Position numbers and translations under genes: made by a program. Shown one piece after another: positions 48,649 through 59,619 of a DNA stretch of 64,000 nt. Within the stretch, counting starts at the first letter, position 1. Every line of letters starts with the position of its first letter. Source of the DNA: Alphaproteobacteria bacterium (GTDB taxonomy: Bacteria; Pseudomonadota; Alphaproteobacteria; MPNO01); the NCBI GenBank assembly GCA_965248835.1, contig CBDFLJ010000001.1, forward strand, positions 768,001 to 832,000, written 5' to 3'. The notes below the pieces were generated by a model. That model saw only the letters and a program-made list of their open reading frames with translations, had not been told where the DNA came from and made no database searches.

Positions 48649-51014
48649 ATGCAGACGCGCTTCCTCGGCAAGCCCGTCAAACGAAACGAGGACGGCCGGC
48701 TCCTGCGGGGCCGGGCGCTGTTCGTCGATGACGTGGCGCTTCCCGGGATGGCACACGCGGCGTTCGTGCGCAGCCCGTACGCCCATGCGCGCATCCGGGC
48801 GATCGACAGCGCGGCCGCACGCAACATTGAAGGCGTGATCGCGGTCCATATCGCCGAGGATATGGGGGAGACCTGGCGGCCGGGGCCGCTGCTCGTCCCG
48901 GCGCCGCCGATCGAGGGCCTGATCTTCAACCAATGCACCCAGGTCCCGCTCGCCAAGGACAAGGTGCGCCATGCCGGCGAGCCGGTCGCCGTGGTGATCG
49001 CCGAGAGCCGCTATATCGCCGAGGATGGGGCCAGAGAAGTCGCCGTCGACTACGAAAAGCTGCCGGCGGTCGTCGATCTCGAGCAGGCGCTGGAGGACGG
49101 CGCCCCGCTGATCCACGAGCAGATCGCGACCAACCTCGCCGCGCATGCGCGCCAGGGAAAGGGCGATTACGCCGCGGCGGCGCGCGACGCCGCCCATGTC
49201 ATCGGCCGCCGGTTCCGGTATGACCACGGGGTGTCCTCACCTATCGAGACCCGCGGGATCGTCGCCCATTGGGACGCCAAGGCCGACCGGATGACCGTCT
49301 GGGATTCGACCCAGGCGCCGGTCTTCCTGCGCAACGGGCTCGCTGCCCTGTTCGGCCTGAACGAAAGGCAGGTTCGGGTGATCGCGCCGTTCGTCGGCGG
49401 CGGGTTCGGGCCGAAGATCATGCTGTTCTACCCCGAGGAAGTGGTCCTGCCCTGGGCATCGATGCGGCTCGGCAGGCCGGTCAAGTGGATCGAGGACCGC
49501 ACCGAGCATTTCTTCGCCACCACCCAGGAGCGGGTCCAGATCCACGATGCCGAGATCGCGCTCGACGCCGAGGGAAGATCCTCGGCGTCAAGGACGCGTT
49601 CCTGCACGACACCGGCGCCTACGACCCTTACGGGCTGACGGTCCCGATCAACAGCCAATGCACGCTGCTCGGCCCCTATGTGATCCCCAACTACGAGTCG
49701 CGCTTCAGCGCAGCGTTCACCACCACGCCGATCGTCACGCCTTATCGCGGCGCCGGGCGCCAGCACGGCGTTTTCGTCATCGAGCGCCTGCTCGATATCG
49801 CGGCTTGGGAGCTCGGCCTGGACCGGGCGGAGATCCGGCGGCGGAACTTCATCCCGGCCGATGCGTTCCCCTATGACAACGCGCTGATCTACCAGGACTT
49901 CCAACCGCTGATCTATGACAGCGGCGACTACGAGGCCGTCCTCGACAAGGCGCTGGCGGCGATCGACTATGCGCGCTTCATCGCCGAGGATCAGCCAAGG
50001 CTGCGCGCCGAGGGGCGCAGCGTCGGGATCGGCATCGCGTGCTATGTCGAGGGTACCGGCATCGGGCCCTATGAAGGCGCCAAGGTCCAGATCCAGCAAA
50101 GCGGCAAGGTGAGCCTGGTGACCGGCATCGGCACGCAGGGCCAGGGCCACTACACGAGCCTTGCCCAGCTCGTCGCCGATCAGCTCGGCGTCGCGGTGGC
50201 CGATGTCGACGTGGTGACCGGCGATACCGACCAGTTCTATTGGGGGGCCGGCACGTTCGCCAGCCGCGGCGCCGTGGTTGCCGGCAACGCGGCGAACCAG
50301 GCGGCGCTGGCGGTACGTGAGAAAACCCTCAAGACGGCAGCGGATCACTTCGAATGCGCCGAGGAGGATCTCGTGATCGCCGATGGCGCGGTCGGGCTCG
50401 CCGGCGTGCCGGGCAGGACGATCTCGCTGGGAGAGCTCGCCGGTCTGGCCAACCCGCTGCGCGGTGCGGTTCCCCCCGGGACCGAGCCCGGGCTCGAAGC
50501 CACCCGGTATTTCGGACCCGAGCGCGGCGCGACGGCGTTCGGGGCGCACGCGATGATCGTCGAGGTCGACCCCGAAACCATGGCGATCGAGATCCGGAAA
50601 TATGTCGTCGTCCACGATTGCGGCACCATCATCAACCCGATGATCGTCGCGGGCCAGGTTCACGGCGGCGTCGCGCAGGGTATCGGCAATGCGTATTACG
50701 AGGAGCTGCTGTTCGACGACGACGGCCAGATCCAGAACCCGACGCTCGCCGAGTACCTGCTGCCCGGCGCGACCGAAGTCCCGCGCATCGAGATCGAGCA
50801 CACCGAAACACCCTCACCGCTCAATCCGCTCGGGATCAAGGGCGTCGGCGAAGCCGGCGCGATCCCGGTCGGGCCGCTGTTCGCCCAGGCCGTGGAGGAC
50901 GCTCTGGGGCTGCGCGCGCTAGGCGGCGAGGTCCTGGAGATTCCGCTGAACCCGGCGCGCCTGTGGCGGGCCGCTTGCGACCGACGGCAAGCCTCCGGTG
51001 CGGCCGACCCCTGA
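48649..51014 (+). pseudogene. xanthine dehydrogenase/CoxL-family molybdopterin large subunit, split by one missing base near 49573
   Basis: VRSPYAHARI, VGGGFGPK in the first frame; PYRGAGR, GQGH.T, VHGGVAQGIG, GIKGVGEAG in the second; junction GAG GG- AAG ATC (may be a sequencing error). Confidence 0.8.
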
Positions 51015-51029
51015 GCCTCGGTCAGCGCG

Positions 51030-53801
51030 CTATGCCCGCGCGGGCTCGACCCGGGCTGCGCAGAATTTGAACTCCGGGATCTTGCCGAACGGGTCCAGCG
51101 CCGGGTTGGTCAAGAGGTTGGCCGCGGCTTCGGCATAGCAGAAGGGGATGAAGATCACCCCGCCCGGCACGTCGGTATCGACCCGGGTCTTGAGCTCGAT
51201 CACACCGCGGCGGGTCTCCACCCTCACCGGATCGCCGGGAACCAGGTCCATCGCTTCGAGGTCGCGCGGCGACAGGTGGGCGATCGCCTCGGGCTCGATG
51301 TTGTCGAGCACCTGGGCGCGCCGGGTCATCGAGCCGGTATGCCAGTGCTCGAGCATGCGCCCGGTGGTGAGGATCATCGGGAACGCTTCGTCGGGCATTT
51401 CGTCGGGCGGCGCGACGGCGGCGGGGACGAACTTGCCGCGCCCGCTGGCGGTCGGGAACCCGTCGCCGAAGATCACTTCGGCGCCCGGCTCATCGACGGC
51501 GTCGACCGGATAGGTGACCGAGTCCTCGCGCTGCAGCCGTTCCCAGGTGATCCCCTTGATCGAGGGCATGATCTCGCGCATCTCGGCGAACACGTCCGCC
51601 GGACCGTCATAGCGCCAATCCAGGCCGAGCCGACGCGCGATCTCCTGGATGATGTCGATGTCCTGGCGGGCCTCGCCCGGCAGCGGCAGAGCCACGCGGG
51701 CAAGCTGGACCTGTCGGTTGGTGTTGGTGAAGGTGCCTTCCTTCTCCGGGAATGCCGAGGCCGGCAGGACGACATCGGCGAAATAGGCGGTCTCGGTCAG
51801 GAACAGGTCCTGGACGACCAGGTGCTCGAGCGCGGCCAGCGCCTCGCGTGCGTGATCGACGTCCGGGTCCGACATCGCCGGGTTCTCGCCCATGATGTAC
51901 ATGCCGCGAATCTGCCCGGCATGGACCGCGCCCATGATCTCGACCACCGTCAGCCCCCGCTCCGGGTCCAGCTCGGTCTGCCAGAACGATTCGAAGGCCT
52001 TGCGGACCTCCTCGCCGGCGACCGACTGGTAGTCGGGATAGAACATCGGTATCAGCCCGACATCGGATGCCCCCTGGACGTTGTTCTGGCCGCGCAGGGG
52101 ATGCAGGCCGGTGCCGGGCCGGCCGACCTGTCCGGTCATCAGCGCGAGCGAGATCAGGCAGCGCGCGTTGTCGGTGCCGTGGATGTGCTGCGAGATGCCC
52201 ATGCCCCAGAAGATCATCGCCGCATCCGCGCCGGCATAGGTCCTGGCCACGGTGCGGATGGTCGGGGCGTCGATGCCGCAGATCGGCGCCATTTCCTCGG
52301 GCGTGAACGGCGCCAGATGCCTCCGCAGCGCCTCGAACCCCTCGGTGTATTTCTCGATATATTGCCGGTCGTAGAGCCGTTCCTGGACGATCACGTTCAT
52401 GATCGCGTTCAGCAGCGCGACATCGGTGCCCGGCTTGAATTGCAGCATGTGGGTGGCATGGCGGCCGAGCGCCTGGCCGCGCGGGTCTATGACGATCAGC
52501 GATTTGCCGGCCTGGGCGGCGTTCTTGAAGAAGGTCGCGGCGACCGGATGGTTCACCGCCGGGTTGGCGCCGATGACGATGATCACATCGGCGTTGGCGC
52601 ATTCCGAGAACGGAGCGGTGACCGCACCGGAGTTTATGGTCTCCATCAGCGCGGCCACCGAGGAGGCGTGGCACAGCCTGGTGCAGTGATCGACGTTGTT
52701 GGTCCCGAAGCCCACCCTTACCAGCTTCTGGAAAAGATAGGCCTCCTCATTCGATCCCTTGGCCGAGCCGAATCCGGCGAGCCCTTTGGGACCGTGGGTG
52801 TCGCGGATGCGGGCAAGGCCGGAGGCCGCAACATCGAGCGCCTCTTCCCAGCTTGCCTCGCGGAAATGGGTCCGCGGGTTCGCCGGATCGAGGCTTGCCA
52901 AGTCATGCTTGCCGACACCGTCCTTGCGGATGAGCGGCTTGGTCAACCGGTCCGGATGACGGATGTAGTCGAAGCCGAACCGGCCCTTGACGCAGAGCCT
53001 GCCGTGGTTCGCCGGGCCGTCGCGGCCCTCGACCTTGAGCAGGGTGTCGTCCTTGACGTGATAGGTGAGCTGGCAGCCCACCCCGCAATAGGGGCACAGG
53101 CTGTCGACCGTCCGGTCGGCCTCGATCACGCCGGGCCGATCGGTGTTCTGCACGCCCACCGGCAACAGCGCACCGGTCGGGCAGGCCTGAACGCACTCGC
53201 CGCAGGCCACGCAGGTGCTCTCGCCCATCGGGTCGTCGAAGTCGAAGACGATCTTGGCATGGGCGCCGCGGTGCGCCATTCCGATAACGTCGTTGACCTG
53301 AACCTCGCGGCAGGCGCGCACGCACAGGGTGCAGTTGATGCAGGCATCGAGGTTGACCGCCATCGCCGGATGGCTTGGGTCCGCGGCGGGGCCGGGCGCT
53401 GCCTCGAACCGGCTGTCGGTGATGCCGATCCTGTCGGCCCAGCGCCACAGCTTCGCGCCGGGGTCGTGGGTGGCCGCGCGCGCCGGCTGATCGGCAAGCA
53501 GCAACTCGAAGACCATGCGCCGGGCCGAGGCCGCGCGCTCGGACGCGGTGTCGACGACCATGCCGGGGCCGGGCGTGCGGATGCACGAGGCAGCCAGCAC
53601 GCGCTCGCCCTCGACCTCGACCATGCACGCGCGGCAGTTGCCGTCCGGCCGGTATCCCGGCGCCGGGGAATAGCACAAATGCGGGATCTCGATCCCCAGC
53701 CGATCGGCGACCTGCCAGATCGTTTCTCCCGGCTGCGCCTGGGCCGTGCGGCCGTTCAGCGTGAATTCGATACCACCGCTCATCTCGCCATCCTTGGGCA
53801 T
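51030..53801 (-). CDS. formate dehydrogenase alpha subunit (Fe-S plus Mo/W-bisPGD)
   Basis: IPHLC..CRAC, CINCTLCVRAC, CPYCGVGC, LCVKG, RLCHASS, PLRGQNNVQG, PEFKFCA. Confidence 0.95.
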   Translation of the reverse strand: MPKDGEMSGGIEFTLNGRTAQAQPGETIWQVADRLGIEIPHLCYSPAPGYRPDGNCRACMVEVEGERVLAASCIRTPGPGMVVDTASERAASARRMVFELLLADQPARAATHDPGAKLWRWADRIGITDSRFEAAPGPAADPSHPAMAVNLDACINCTLCVRACREVQVNDVIGMAHRGAHAKIVFDFDDPMGESTCVACGECVQACPTGALLPVGVQNTDRPGVIEADRTVDSLCPYCGVGCQLTYHVKDDTLLKVEGRDGPANHGRLCVKGRFGFDYIRHPDRLTKPLIRKDGVGKHDLASLDPANPRTHFREASWEEALDVAASGLARIRDTHGPKGLAGFGSAKGSNEEAYLFQKLVRVGFGTNNVDHCTRLCHASSVAALMETINSGAVTAPFSECANADVIIVIGANPAVNHPVAATFFKNAAQAGKSLIVIDPRGQALGRHATHMLQFKPGTDVALLNAIMNVIVQERLYDRQYIEKYTEGFEALRRHLAPFTPEEMAPICGIDAPTIRTVARTYAGADAAMIFWGMGISQHIHGTDNARCLISLALMTGQVGRPGTGLHPLRGQNNVQGASDVGLIPMFYPDYQSVAGEEVRKAFESFWQTELDPERGLTVVEIMGAVHAGQIRGMYIMGENPAMSDPDVDHAREALAALEHLVVQDLFLTETAYFADVVLPASAFPEKEGTFTNTNRQVQLARVALPLPGEARQDIDIIQEIARRLGLDWRYDGPADVFAEMREIMPSIKGITWERLQREDSVTYPVDAVDEPGAEVIFGDGFPTASGRGKFVPAAVAPPDEMPDEAFPMILTTGRMLEHWHTGSMTRRAQVLDNIEPEAIAHLSPRDLEAMDLVPGDPVRVETRRGVIELKTRVDTDVPGGVIFIPFCYAEAAANLLTNPALDPFGKIPEFKFCAARVEPARA

Positions 53802-53804
53802 GAC

Positions 53805-55514
53805 CTACCCGCCGGGCACGTCGTCGGGAAAATAGCGCAGCACCGACATCAGGCTGTTGGGCGCTGCCTGGCCGAGCCCGCAGATCGAGGCATCGACCAT
53901 GGTCCGGGACAGCTCCTCCAGCAGCGTCCGGTCCCAGGCCGGTGCCTGCATCAGCCCGACCGCCTTCTGGCAGCCGGCGCGGCACGGCGTGCATTGGCCG
54001 CAGCTCTCGTCCTCGAAGAAGCGCATCAGGTTCAGCGCCGACGATGCCGCCGAATCCCGGTCCGACAGCACCACCACGGCGGCCGAGCCGATCAGGCAGC
54101 CATGGTCCTCCAGCGTGCCGAAATCGAGGGGGATGTCGGCCATCGTGGCCGGCAGGATGCCGCCCGAAGCGCCGCCGGGAAGATATCCCTTGAAGATGTG
54201 GCCGTCCTGCATCCCGCCGCAATGCTCTTCGATCAGCTCGGCGACGGTGATCCCGGCGTCGGTGATCTTCACGCCCGGCTGCCTGACCCGGCCGGAGACC
54301 GAATACGACCGCAAGCCCTTGCGTCCGTTGCGGCCGCGCCCGGCGTACCATTCCGGCCCGTTGGTCAGGATGTCTCGCACCCAGTAAAGCGTCTCGACGT
54401 TGTTGATCAGCGTAGGCCGGCCGAACAGCCCGACCTGGGCCGGGAAGGGCGGCTTGTGCCGCGGCAGGCCGCGCTTGCCTTCGAGGCTTTCAAGCATTGC
54501 CGATTCCTCGCCGCAGATATAGGCGCCGGCGCCGCGCCGCAGCACGATCGAGCCCGGCGGCACGAGGCCGGCGGTCTCCAGCGCGGCGATCTCCCGAAGC
54601 AGGATCTCGCGGCAAACCGGGTACTCGTCGCGCAGATAGATATGGCTGGTCCGGGCCTCGACCGCCCACTGGCCGATCAGCATGCCTTCGAGGAACCGGT
54701 GCGGGTCGGTTTCGATGAAATGCCGGTCCTTGAAGGTGCCGGGTTCGCCCTCGTCGGCATTGACGGCCAGGTGACGCGGACCGGGCTCGGCACGGACGAA
54801 GCGCCACTTGCGGCCGGCCGGGAACCCGGCGCCGCCGAGGCCGCGCAGCCCCGAATCGTCCAGCGTCTGGATAACGTCCTCGACTGCGAGCGCGCCCGTG
54901 CGGCAGGCCTGGAGGCGTTCGTAACCGCCTTGCTCCCTGTACATCTGCAGACCGGAATAGGCCGGCACCACAGGGTGCAGTGCGCCGGCGTCGGCCGCGG
55001 CCAGGACCGCGTCCGCGTCCGCCGGCGCGATCGGGTTATGGCTGACCGAGACCGCCGGCGCACGGTCGCAGGCGCCCATGCAGGGCGCGCGCAGGACCCG
55101 GACATGGGCGCCGGATCGGCTCTCCAGCGCGGCGATCAGCGTCTCCGCGCCCATCATCTCGCAGGTGATGGAATCGCAGACCCGGATCGTGACCGGTGGC
55201 GGACTTGGCTGATCGTCGGCCAGCACGTCGAAGTGATGGTAGAACGTCGCGACCTCGTAGACCTCGGTCAGCGCCATGCCCATCTCCTGGGCGAGCGCCG
55301 CCAGGAGCCCCGGAGACAGGCAGCCCTCGGCGTCCTGAATCAAGTGCAGATGCTCGATCAGCAGATCGCGGCGGCGCGGGCGGTCGCCCAACAGCGCACG
55401 GACGCTCGCCCGTGCCGCCTGATCGGGATGGCGGCCCTTGGTCTGCGCCCGCGCCCGGCGGCGACCGGCGCCGGGATGGCCGAATGTCTGGACGGTGCGT
55501 TTACCCTCCGCCAT
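53805..55514 (-). CDS. formate dehydrogenase beta (diaphorase) subunit, NuoE-NuoF-like fusion
   Basis: EVATFYHHF, CDSITC, CMGAC, GLRGLGGAGFP, NADEGEPG, YICGEES, ESCGQCTPCR. Confidence 0.94.
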   Translation of the reverse strand: MAEGKRTVQTFGHPGAGRRRARAQTKGRHPDQAARASVRALLGDRPRRRDLLIEHLHLIQDAEGCLSPGLLAALAQEMGMALTEVYEVATFYHHFDVLADDQPSPPPVTIRVCDSITCEMMGAETLIAALESRSGAHVRVLRAPCMGACDRAPAVSVSHNPIAPADADAVLAAADAGALHPVVPAYSGLQMYREQGGYERLQACRTGALAVEDVIQTLDDSGLRGLGGAGFPAGRKWRFVRAEPGPRHLAVNADEGEPGTFKDRHFIETDPHRFLEGMLIGQWAVEARTSHIYLRDEYPVCREILLREIAALETAGLVPPGSIVLRRGAGAYICGEESAMLESLEGKRGLPRHKPPFPAQVGLFGRPTLINNVETLYWVRDILTNGPEWYAGRGRNGRKGLRSYSVSGRVRQPGVKITDAGITVAELIEEHCGGMQDGHIFKGYLPGGASGGILPATMADIPLDFGTLEDHGCLIGSAAVVVLSDRDSAASSALNLMRFFEDESCGQCTPCRAGCQKAVGLMQAPAWDRTLLEELSRTMVDASICGLGQAAPNSLMSVLRYFPDDVPGG

Positions 55515-55627
55515 GGTTCAGAGTTGGCCCTTTGTGCTTCGCTGCGCGGTGTCCGCCAGGGTAGCGGCCCGGGCCGGGGGTGTCCTCATAAACTTGCGTG
55601 AACCGGCGCCGGGCGCGTCGCGCGCTC

Positions 55628-55810
55628 CTAACGCGGCCGGTCCCGCTCGACCGCGCTCAGGGTGATGACCGCGGTGTTGATGAGGTGCTTGCCGGCGTGT
55701 TCGAAATTGACCGTGACCCGGTTGCCATCGACCGATTGCACCTGACCGATCCCCCAATCCTCGCGCTCGGGATGGCGCACCAGCATACCGGGAACCAGTT
55801 CGGAGAACAT
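55628..55810 (-). CDS. DUF3553 family small protein
   Basis: PGMLVRHP..DWGIGQVQS..VTVNFEHAGK; GAGAGG RBS. Confidence 0.85.
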   Translation of the reverse strand: MFSELVPGMLVRHPEREDWGIGQVQSVDGNRVTVNFEHAGKHLINTAVITLSAVERDRPR

Positions 55811-55893
55811 CCTCTCTCCCATCCTCGCATCGACGAAAGGCCACGAAGCGGACACGAGTATATCAGGCTTGCCGGCCGCTCCGGGCCACGATC

Positions 55894-56976
55894 TCAGGGC
55901 GCCGTCCGCCGTTCCAGCCCGCCGATCGCAATCTCGGTCTGACGAGCAAGCCGCGCGACCAGCTCGGCCGCGGGTTGGCGCCGCGCGAGGCCGACGCCCT
56001 GGCCGGCCCACAGCGACAGGAATTCCGCTCGACCCTGTTGGCCGGCGGCGGTGCGCAGCGGCCGGGTCAGCGCGTTCTGCATCGGGAACGGCAGGATGGC
56101 GCCGGCGGCGTCGGTCTCGGTCATGAAACGGTTGATGATGCCGCGCGCCGGGCGGCCGGAGAACGCGCGGGTCAGGCGGGTCTCATGCGCGCCGGCGGAC
56201 AGGATCGCCGCCTTGTAGGCTTCGGGGATGCCGGCCTCCTCGCAGGTCAGGAAAGCCGTTCCCATCTGGACCGCATCGGCGCCAAGAGCCAGCGCGGCGG
56301 CAATGCCGCGGCCGTCCATGATCCCGCCCGAGGCGATCACCGGCACCGACAGCGCATCGACCGCCTGTGGAACGAGCGCGATCGTCCCCACCAGCCCCTG
56401 ATCGAAATCCGTCGCGAACGTGCCGCGGTGACCGCCGGCCTCGCTGCCCTGCACGACGATGGCATCGGCGCCCGCACCTTCGAGCGCGACCGCCTCCTCG
56501 ATTGTGGTGGCGGTCTGGAGGAGCACCATGCCGCGGTCCTTGATGGCTGCGATTGCCTCGGGCGGCACGGTGCCGAAGGTGAAGCTGAACACCGATGCGC
56601 CGGAGTCGAGCGCGGCGGCAAGCTGGCTGTCGAAGGCGTCGGGGACCGGAACCGGCGGCGCCGGCGGCGGCAGGTCGAGTTCCATGTAGAACGGCGCGAC
56701 GTGCCGCAGCGCCGATCCCGCACCCTCGGGCGCGCTCGGCTGGGGTTGCGGCGCGAACAGGTTTATGCCGAAGGGCCGCCTGGTGCCCGCCCGCACCGCG
56801 CCGGCGGACTCGGCGATCTGCGGCGGGCTTAGATAGGCCGCGCCGATGAAGCCGAGCCCGCCTGCGTTGCAGACCGCCGCCACGAGTTCCGGCGTGTCGC
56901 CGCCGCCCGCCAAAGGCGCCTGGATGATCGGATGATCAAGGCCCAGGCGCCGTGTCAGAACCGTCTCGAAAGCCAT
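55894..56976 (-). CDS. nitronate monooxygenase family protein
   Basis: PIIQAPLAGG, PFGINLF, QGSEAGGHRGTF, SGGIMDGRG, FSGRPARG, LWAGQG. Confidence 0.93.
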   Translation of the reverse strand: MAFETVLTRRLGLDHPIIQAPLAGGGDTPELVAAVCNAGGLGFIGAAYLSPPQIAESAGAVRAGTRRPFGINLFAPQPQPSAPEGAGSALRHVAPFYMELDLPPPAPPVPVPDAFDSQLAAALDSGASVFSFTFGTVPPEAIAAIKDRGMVLLQTATTIEEAVALEGAGADAIVVQGSEAGGHRGTFATDFDQGLVGTIALVPQAVDALSVPVIASGGIMDGRGIAAALALGADAVQMGTAFLTCEEAGIPEAYKAAILSAGAHETRLTRAFSGRPARGIINRFMTETDAAGAILPFPMQNALTRPLRTAAGQQGRAEFLSLWAGQGVGLARRQPAAELVARLARQTEIAIGGLERRTAP

Positions 56977-57148
56977 GCCTTGCTGTCCGCTCCGGGATGC
57001 CGGTGGTGCCGCGCATATCCGCTTCGGGCTGTCCGCTGCGGCCGAGCGTGCCGAATACGGCCTATTTCGCCGACAGCACCGCCATGAATATTGCAGCGCC
57101 GGCAGGGGTGATCCTATACTCCGCCGCCAATAAACGGGGAAGGCGGTC

Positions 57149-57568
57149 GTGGGTAAAATCAGGTTGCCCAAGAGCTATCAGCCGAGCGAGAGCGAGGCGT
57201 TCATGAACACCAGGCAACGGGAGTATTTCCGGCGCAGGCTCCTGTCCTGGCGCGAGGAATTGCTGCGGGAATCCTCTGCGACGCTTCAGAATCTCCAGGA
57301 AAACCGGTTCCAGCCGGCCGATTTCGCCGATCGCGCGAGCGTGGAGACCGAGCGCTCGGTGGAGTTGCGGACCCGGGACCGTGGCCGCAAGCTGATCGCC
57401 AAGATCGACGAGGCGCTGGTGCGTATCGAGGACGGCTCGTACGGCTATTGCGTCGAAACCGCCGAGCCGATCGGGGTCAAACGGCTGGATGCGCGGCCGA
57501 TCGCGGCGCTGAGCCTTGAGGCCCAGGAACGTCACGAGCGCCGCGAGCGGATCTATCGCGACGACTGA
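57149..57568 (+). CDS. dksA: RNA polymerase-binding protein DksA
   Basis: FMN.RQREYFR, DFADRAS.E, YGYC.ET.EPI, RL.ARP.A.LS.EAQERHE. Confidence 0.94.
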   Translation: MGKIRLPKSYQPSESEAFMNTRQREYFRRRLLSWREELLRESSATLQNLQENRFQPADFADRASVETERSVELRTRDRGRKLIAKIDEALVRIEDGSYGYCVETAEPIGVKRLDARPIAALSLEAQERHERRERIYRDD

Positions 57569-58179
57569 GCGGTCGCCTGTCCGGCTTGTCCGAAACCGCG
57601 CTGGCGCGCGAGGTAATGGCGGATCAGTGCGACCGCCTCCTCGGAATCCCACTCCGCGTGCCCCAGGAGCCGGCCGATTTCGCCTCCGTCGCGGGCGTAG
57701 AGCACCGAGGTGGGCAGGGCTCGAATATCTGCACCGGCGGCGAATGCCGCGCGCGGATCGTGGTAAAAGGGCAGGCCCTCGAGGCGATGGGTTGCCAGGA
57801 AGGGTGCGATCTTCGCCCAGCCATCGCGGTCCTGGGATAGCGCCAGAACGGTGAACCCGCCGTCGAGTCCACTGTTCTGGAGCCGGACGAGCGACGGCAG
57901 CTCGCGGATGCACGGCCCGCACCAGGTCGCCCAGAAATTCACCAGAACGACTTTGCCGCGGAAGTCATCTAGCGTATAGGTCGTCCCGTCCCGGCCGACG
58001 AACCGGGTGCCGGGCGCCTTCGCCGGCGCCGGAGCGATCGTGAATTTCCGCATCCAGCCGGAGAGCGGCGGCCCGCCGCGCCCGGCATCGGCCGAAAGGA
58101 GGGACCAGCCGACCAGCGCGATCACCGCCAGGCCCGCCGCCGCGGCGGCGACCGTCAGCAGGCGCGCGCTGCGTCCCAT
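57553..58179 (-). CDS. tlpA: TlpA family thiol:disulfide interchange protein
   Basis: N-terminal [20 protein letters not shown]; divergent from argH. Confidence 0.88.
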   Translation of the reverse strand: MGRSARLLTVAAAAAGLAVIALVGWSLLSADAGRGGPPLSGWMRKFTIAPAPAKAPGTRFVGRDGTTYTLDDFRGKVVLVNFWATWCGPCIRELPSLVRLQNSGLDGGFTVLALSQDRDGWAKIAPFLATHRLEGLPFYHDPRAAFAAGADIRALPTSVLYARDGGEIGRLLGHAEWDSEEAVALIRHYLARQRGFGQAGQATAQSSR

Positions 58180-58194
58180 GGCTCAGAACCTCCC

Positions 58195-59619
58195 ATGACC
58201 GACAGTCCTCCCGATCACGGACAGCAGCGGCCCGGCACCGGCAACCAGGCACCCTGGGGCGGGCGTTTTTCGTCTGCGCAGAGTGACCTGATGGAGCAGA
58301 TAAACGCCTCGATAGACTTTGACAAGCGGCTTTACGCCCAGGACATCGCCGGCTCGAAGGCGCATTGCGAAATGCTGGTGGCGACGGGGATCGTCTCCGC
58401 CGAGGACGGTGAGCGGATCCTCGATGGGCTCGACCGGGTCCTGGCCGAGATCGAGGCGGGAAGCTTCCCGTTCTCGCGCGCGCACGAGGACATCCACCTC
58501 AATATCGAGACACGCCTGGCGAGCCTGATCGGCGAGCCGGCCGGCCGGCTGCACACCGCCAGGTCGCGCAACGACCAGGTGGCGACGGACATCAGGCTCT
58601 GGCTGCGCGGGGTCATCGACGAGACCGAGGAAGCGCTCAAGGCTCTGCAGGCGGTGCTGATCGAACGTGCGGACGAGCACACCGAGACGGTGATGCCGGG
58701 CTTCACCCATCTTCAGGCTGCCCAGCCGATCACCCTTGGCCATCACCTGCTCGCCTATGTCGAGATGTTCGGGCGCGACCGCGGCCGGTTCGCCGACGCC
58801 CGGCGGCGGCTCAACGAGTGTCCGCTGGGGGCGGCGGCGCTTGCCGGCACATCCTATCCCATCGACCGCGAGATGACAGCGCACGCCCTGGGCTTCGATC
58901 GGCCCGCGGCCAATGCGCTCGATGCCGTCTCGGACCGCGACTTCGCGATCGAGTTCCTGTCCGCGGCGGCGATCACCGCCGGCCATCTGTCACGCCTGGG
59001 CGAGGAACTGGTCATCTGGTGCTCGGTCCAGTTCGGCTTCGCCGTGCTCAGCGACGCCTTCACCACCGGCAGCTCGATCATGCCGCAGAAGCGCAATCCG
59101 GACGCGGCCGAACTGGTGCGCGCCAAGTCCGGACGGATTCTCGGCGCGCTGACCTCGCTGCTGGTCGTCATGAAGGGCCTGCCGCTGGCCTACGCCAAGG
59201 ACATGCAAGAGGACAAGGAGCCGTTGTTCGATGCCGCCGATACGCTGGCGGTCGCGGTCGCCGCCATGACCGGGATGATCGGCGATGCGAGGTTCGACAC
59301 CGCGGCGATGCGCGCGGCGACGGAAAAGGGGTTCGTTACCGCAACCGACCTCGCCGACTGGCTCGTGCGCACGCTCGACATCCCGTTTCGGCGGGCGCAC
59401 AGGATCACCGGAGAACTGGTCAAGCAGGCCGAGGCGGCAGGCTGCGGCCTGGCGGGCCTGCCGATCGAGACCTTGCGTAAGGTCGAGCCCCGGTTGAATG
59501 AGGCCGCTTATGCGGTGCTGAACATCGACGAGGCGGTGCACAGCCGCAACAGCCTCGGCGGGACCGCGCCGGAGCGGGTCCGCGAAGCGGTCGCCGCGGC
59601 GCGGGAGCGCTTCCTGTGA
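58195..59619 (+). CDS. argH: argininosuccinate lyase
   Basis: [35 protein letters not shown]. Confidence 0.97.
   Translation: MTDSPPDHGQQRPGTGNQAPWGGRFSSAQSDLMEQINASIDFDKRLYAQDIAGSKAHCEMLVATGIVSAEDGERILDGLDRVLAEIEAGSFPFSRAHEDIHLNIETRLASLIGEPAGRLHTARSRNDQVATDIRLWLRGVIDETEEALKALQAVLIERADEHTETVMPGFTHLQAAQPITLGHHLLAYVEMFGRDRGRFADARRRLNECPLGAAALAGTSYPIDREMTAHALGFDRPAANALDAVSDRDFAIEFLSAAAITAGHLSRLGEELVIWCSVQFGFAVLSDAFTTGSSIMPQKRNPDAAELVRAKSGRILGALTSLLVVMKGLPLAYAKDMQEDKEPLFDAADTLAVAVAAMTGMIGDARFDTAAMRAATEKGFVTATDLADWLVRTLDIPFRRAHRITGELVKQAEAAGCGLAGLPIETLRKVEPRLNEAAYAVLNIDEAVHSRNSLGGTAPERVREAVAAARERFL

Noticed and set aside
48649-51014. Aerobic CO dehydrogenase (form I coxL)
   Set aside because: Loop is PYRGAGR, not AYXCSFR, and no coxMS or accessory genes are adjacent
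52660-52700. Selenocysteine recoding in FDH alpha
   Set aside because: Active-site codon is TGC (Cys) and the ORF is uninterrupted
51276-55601. 1441-aa plus-strand ORF and other very long antisense ORFs (25029-28478, 32354-35419, 35302-38739, 18460-21090)
   Set aside because: Shadow frames opposite well-supported genes in high-GC DNA; low-complexity composition and no motifs
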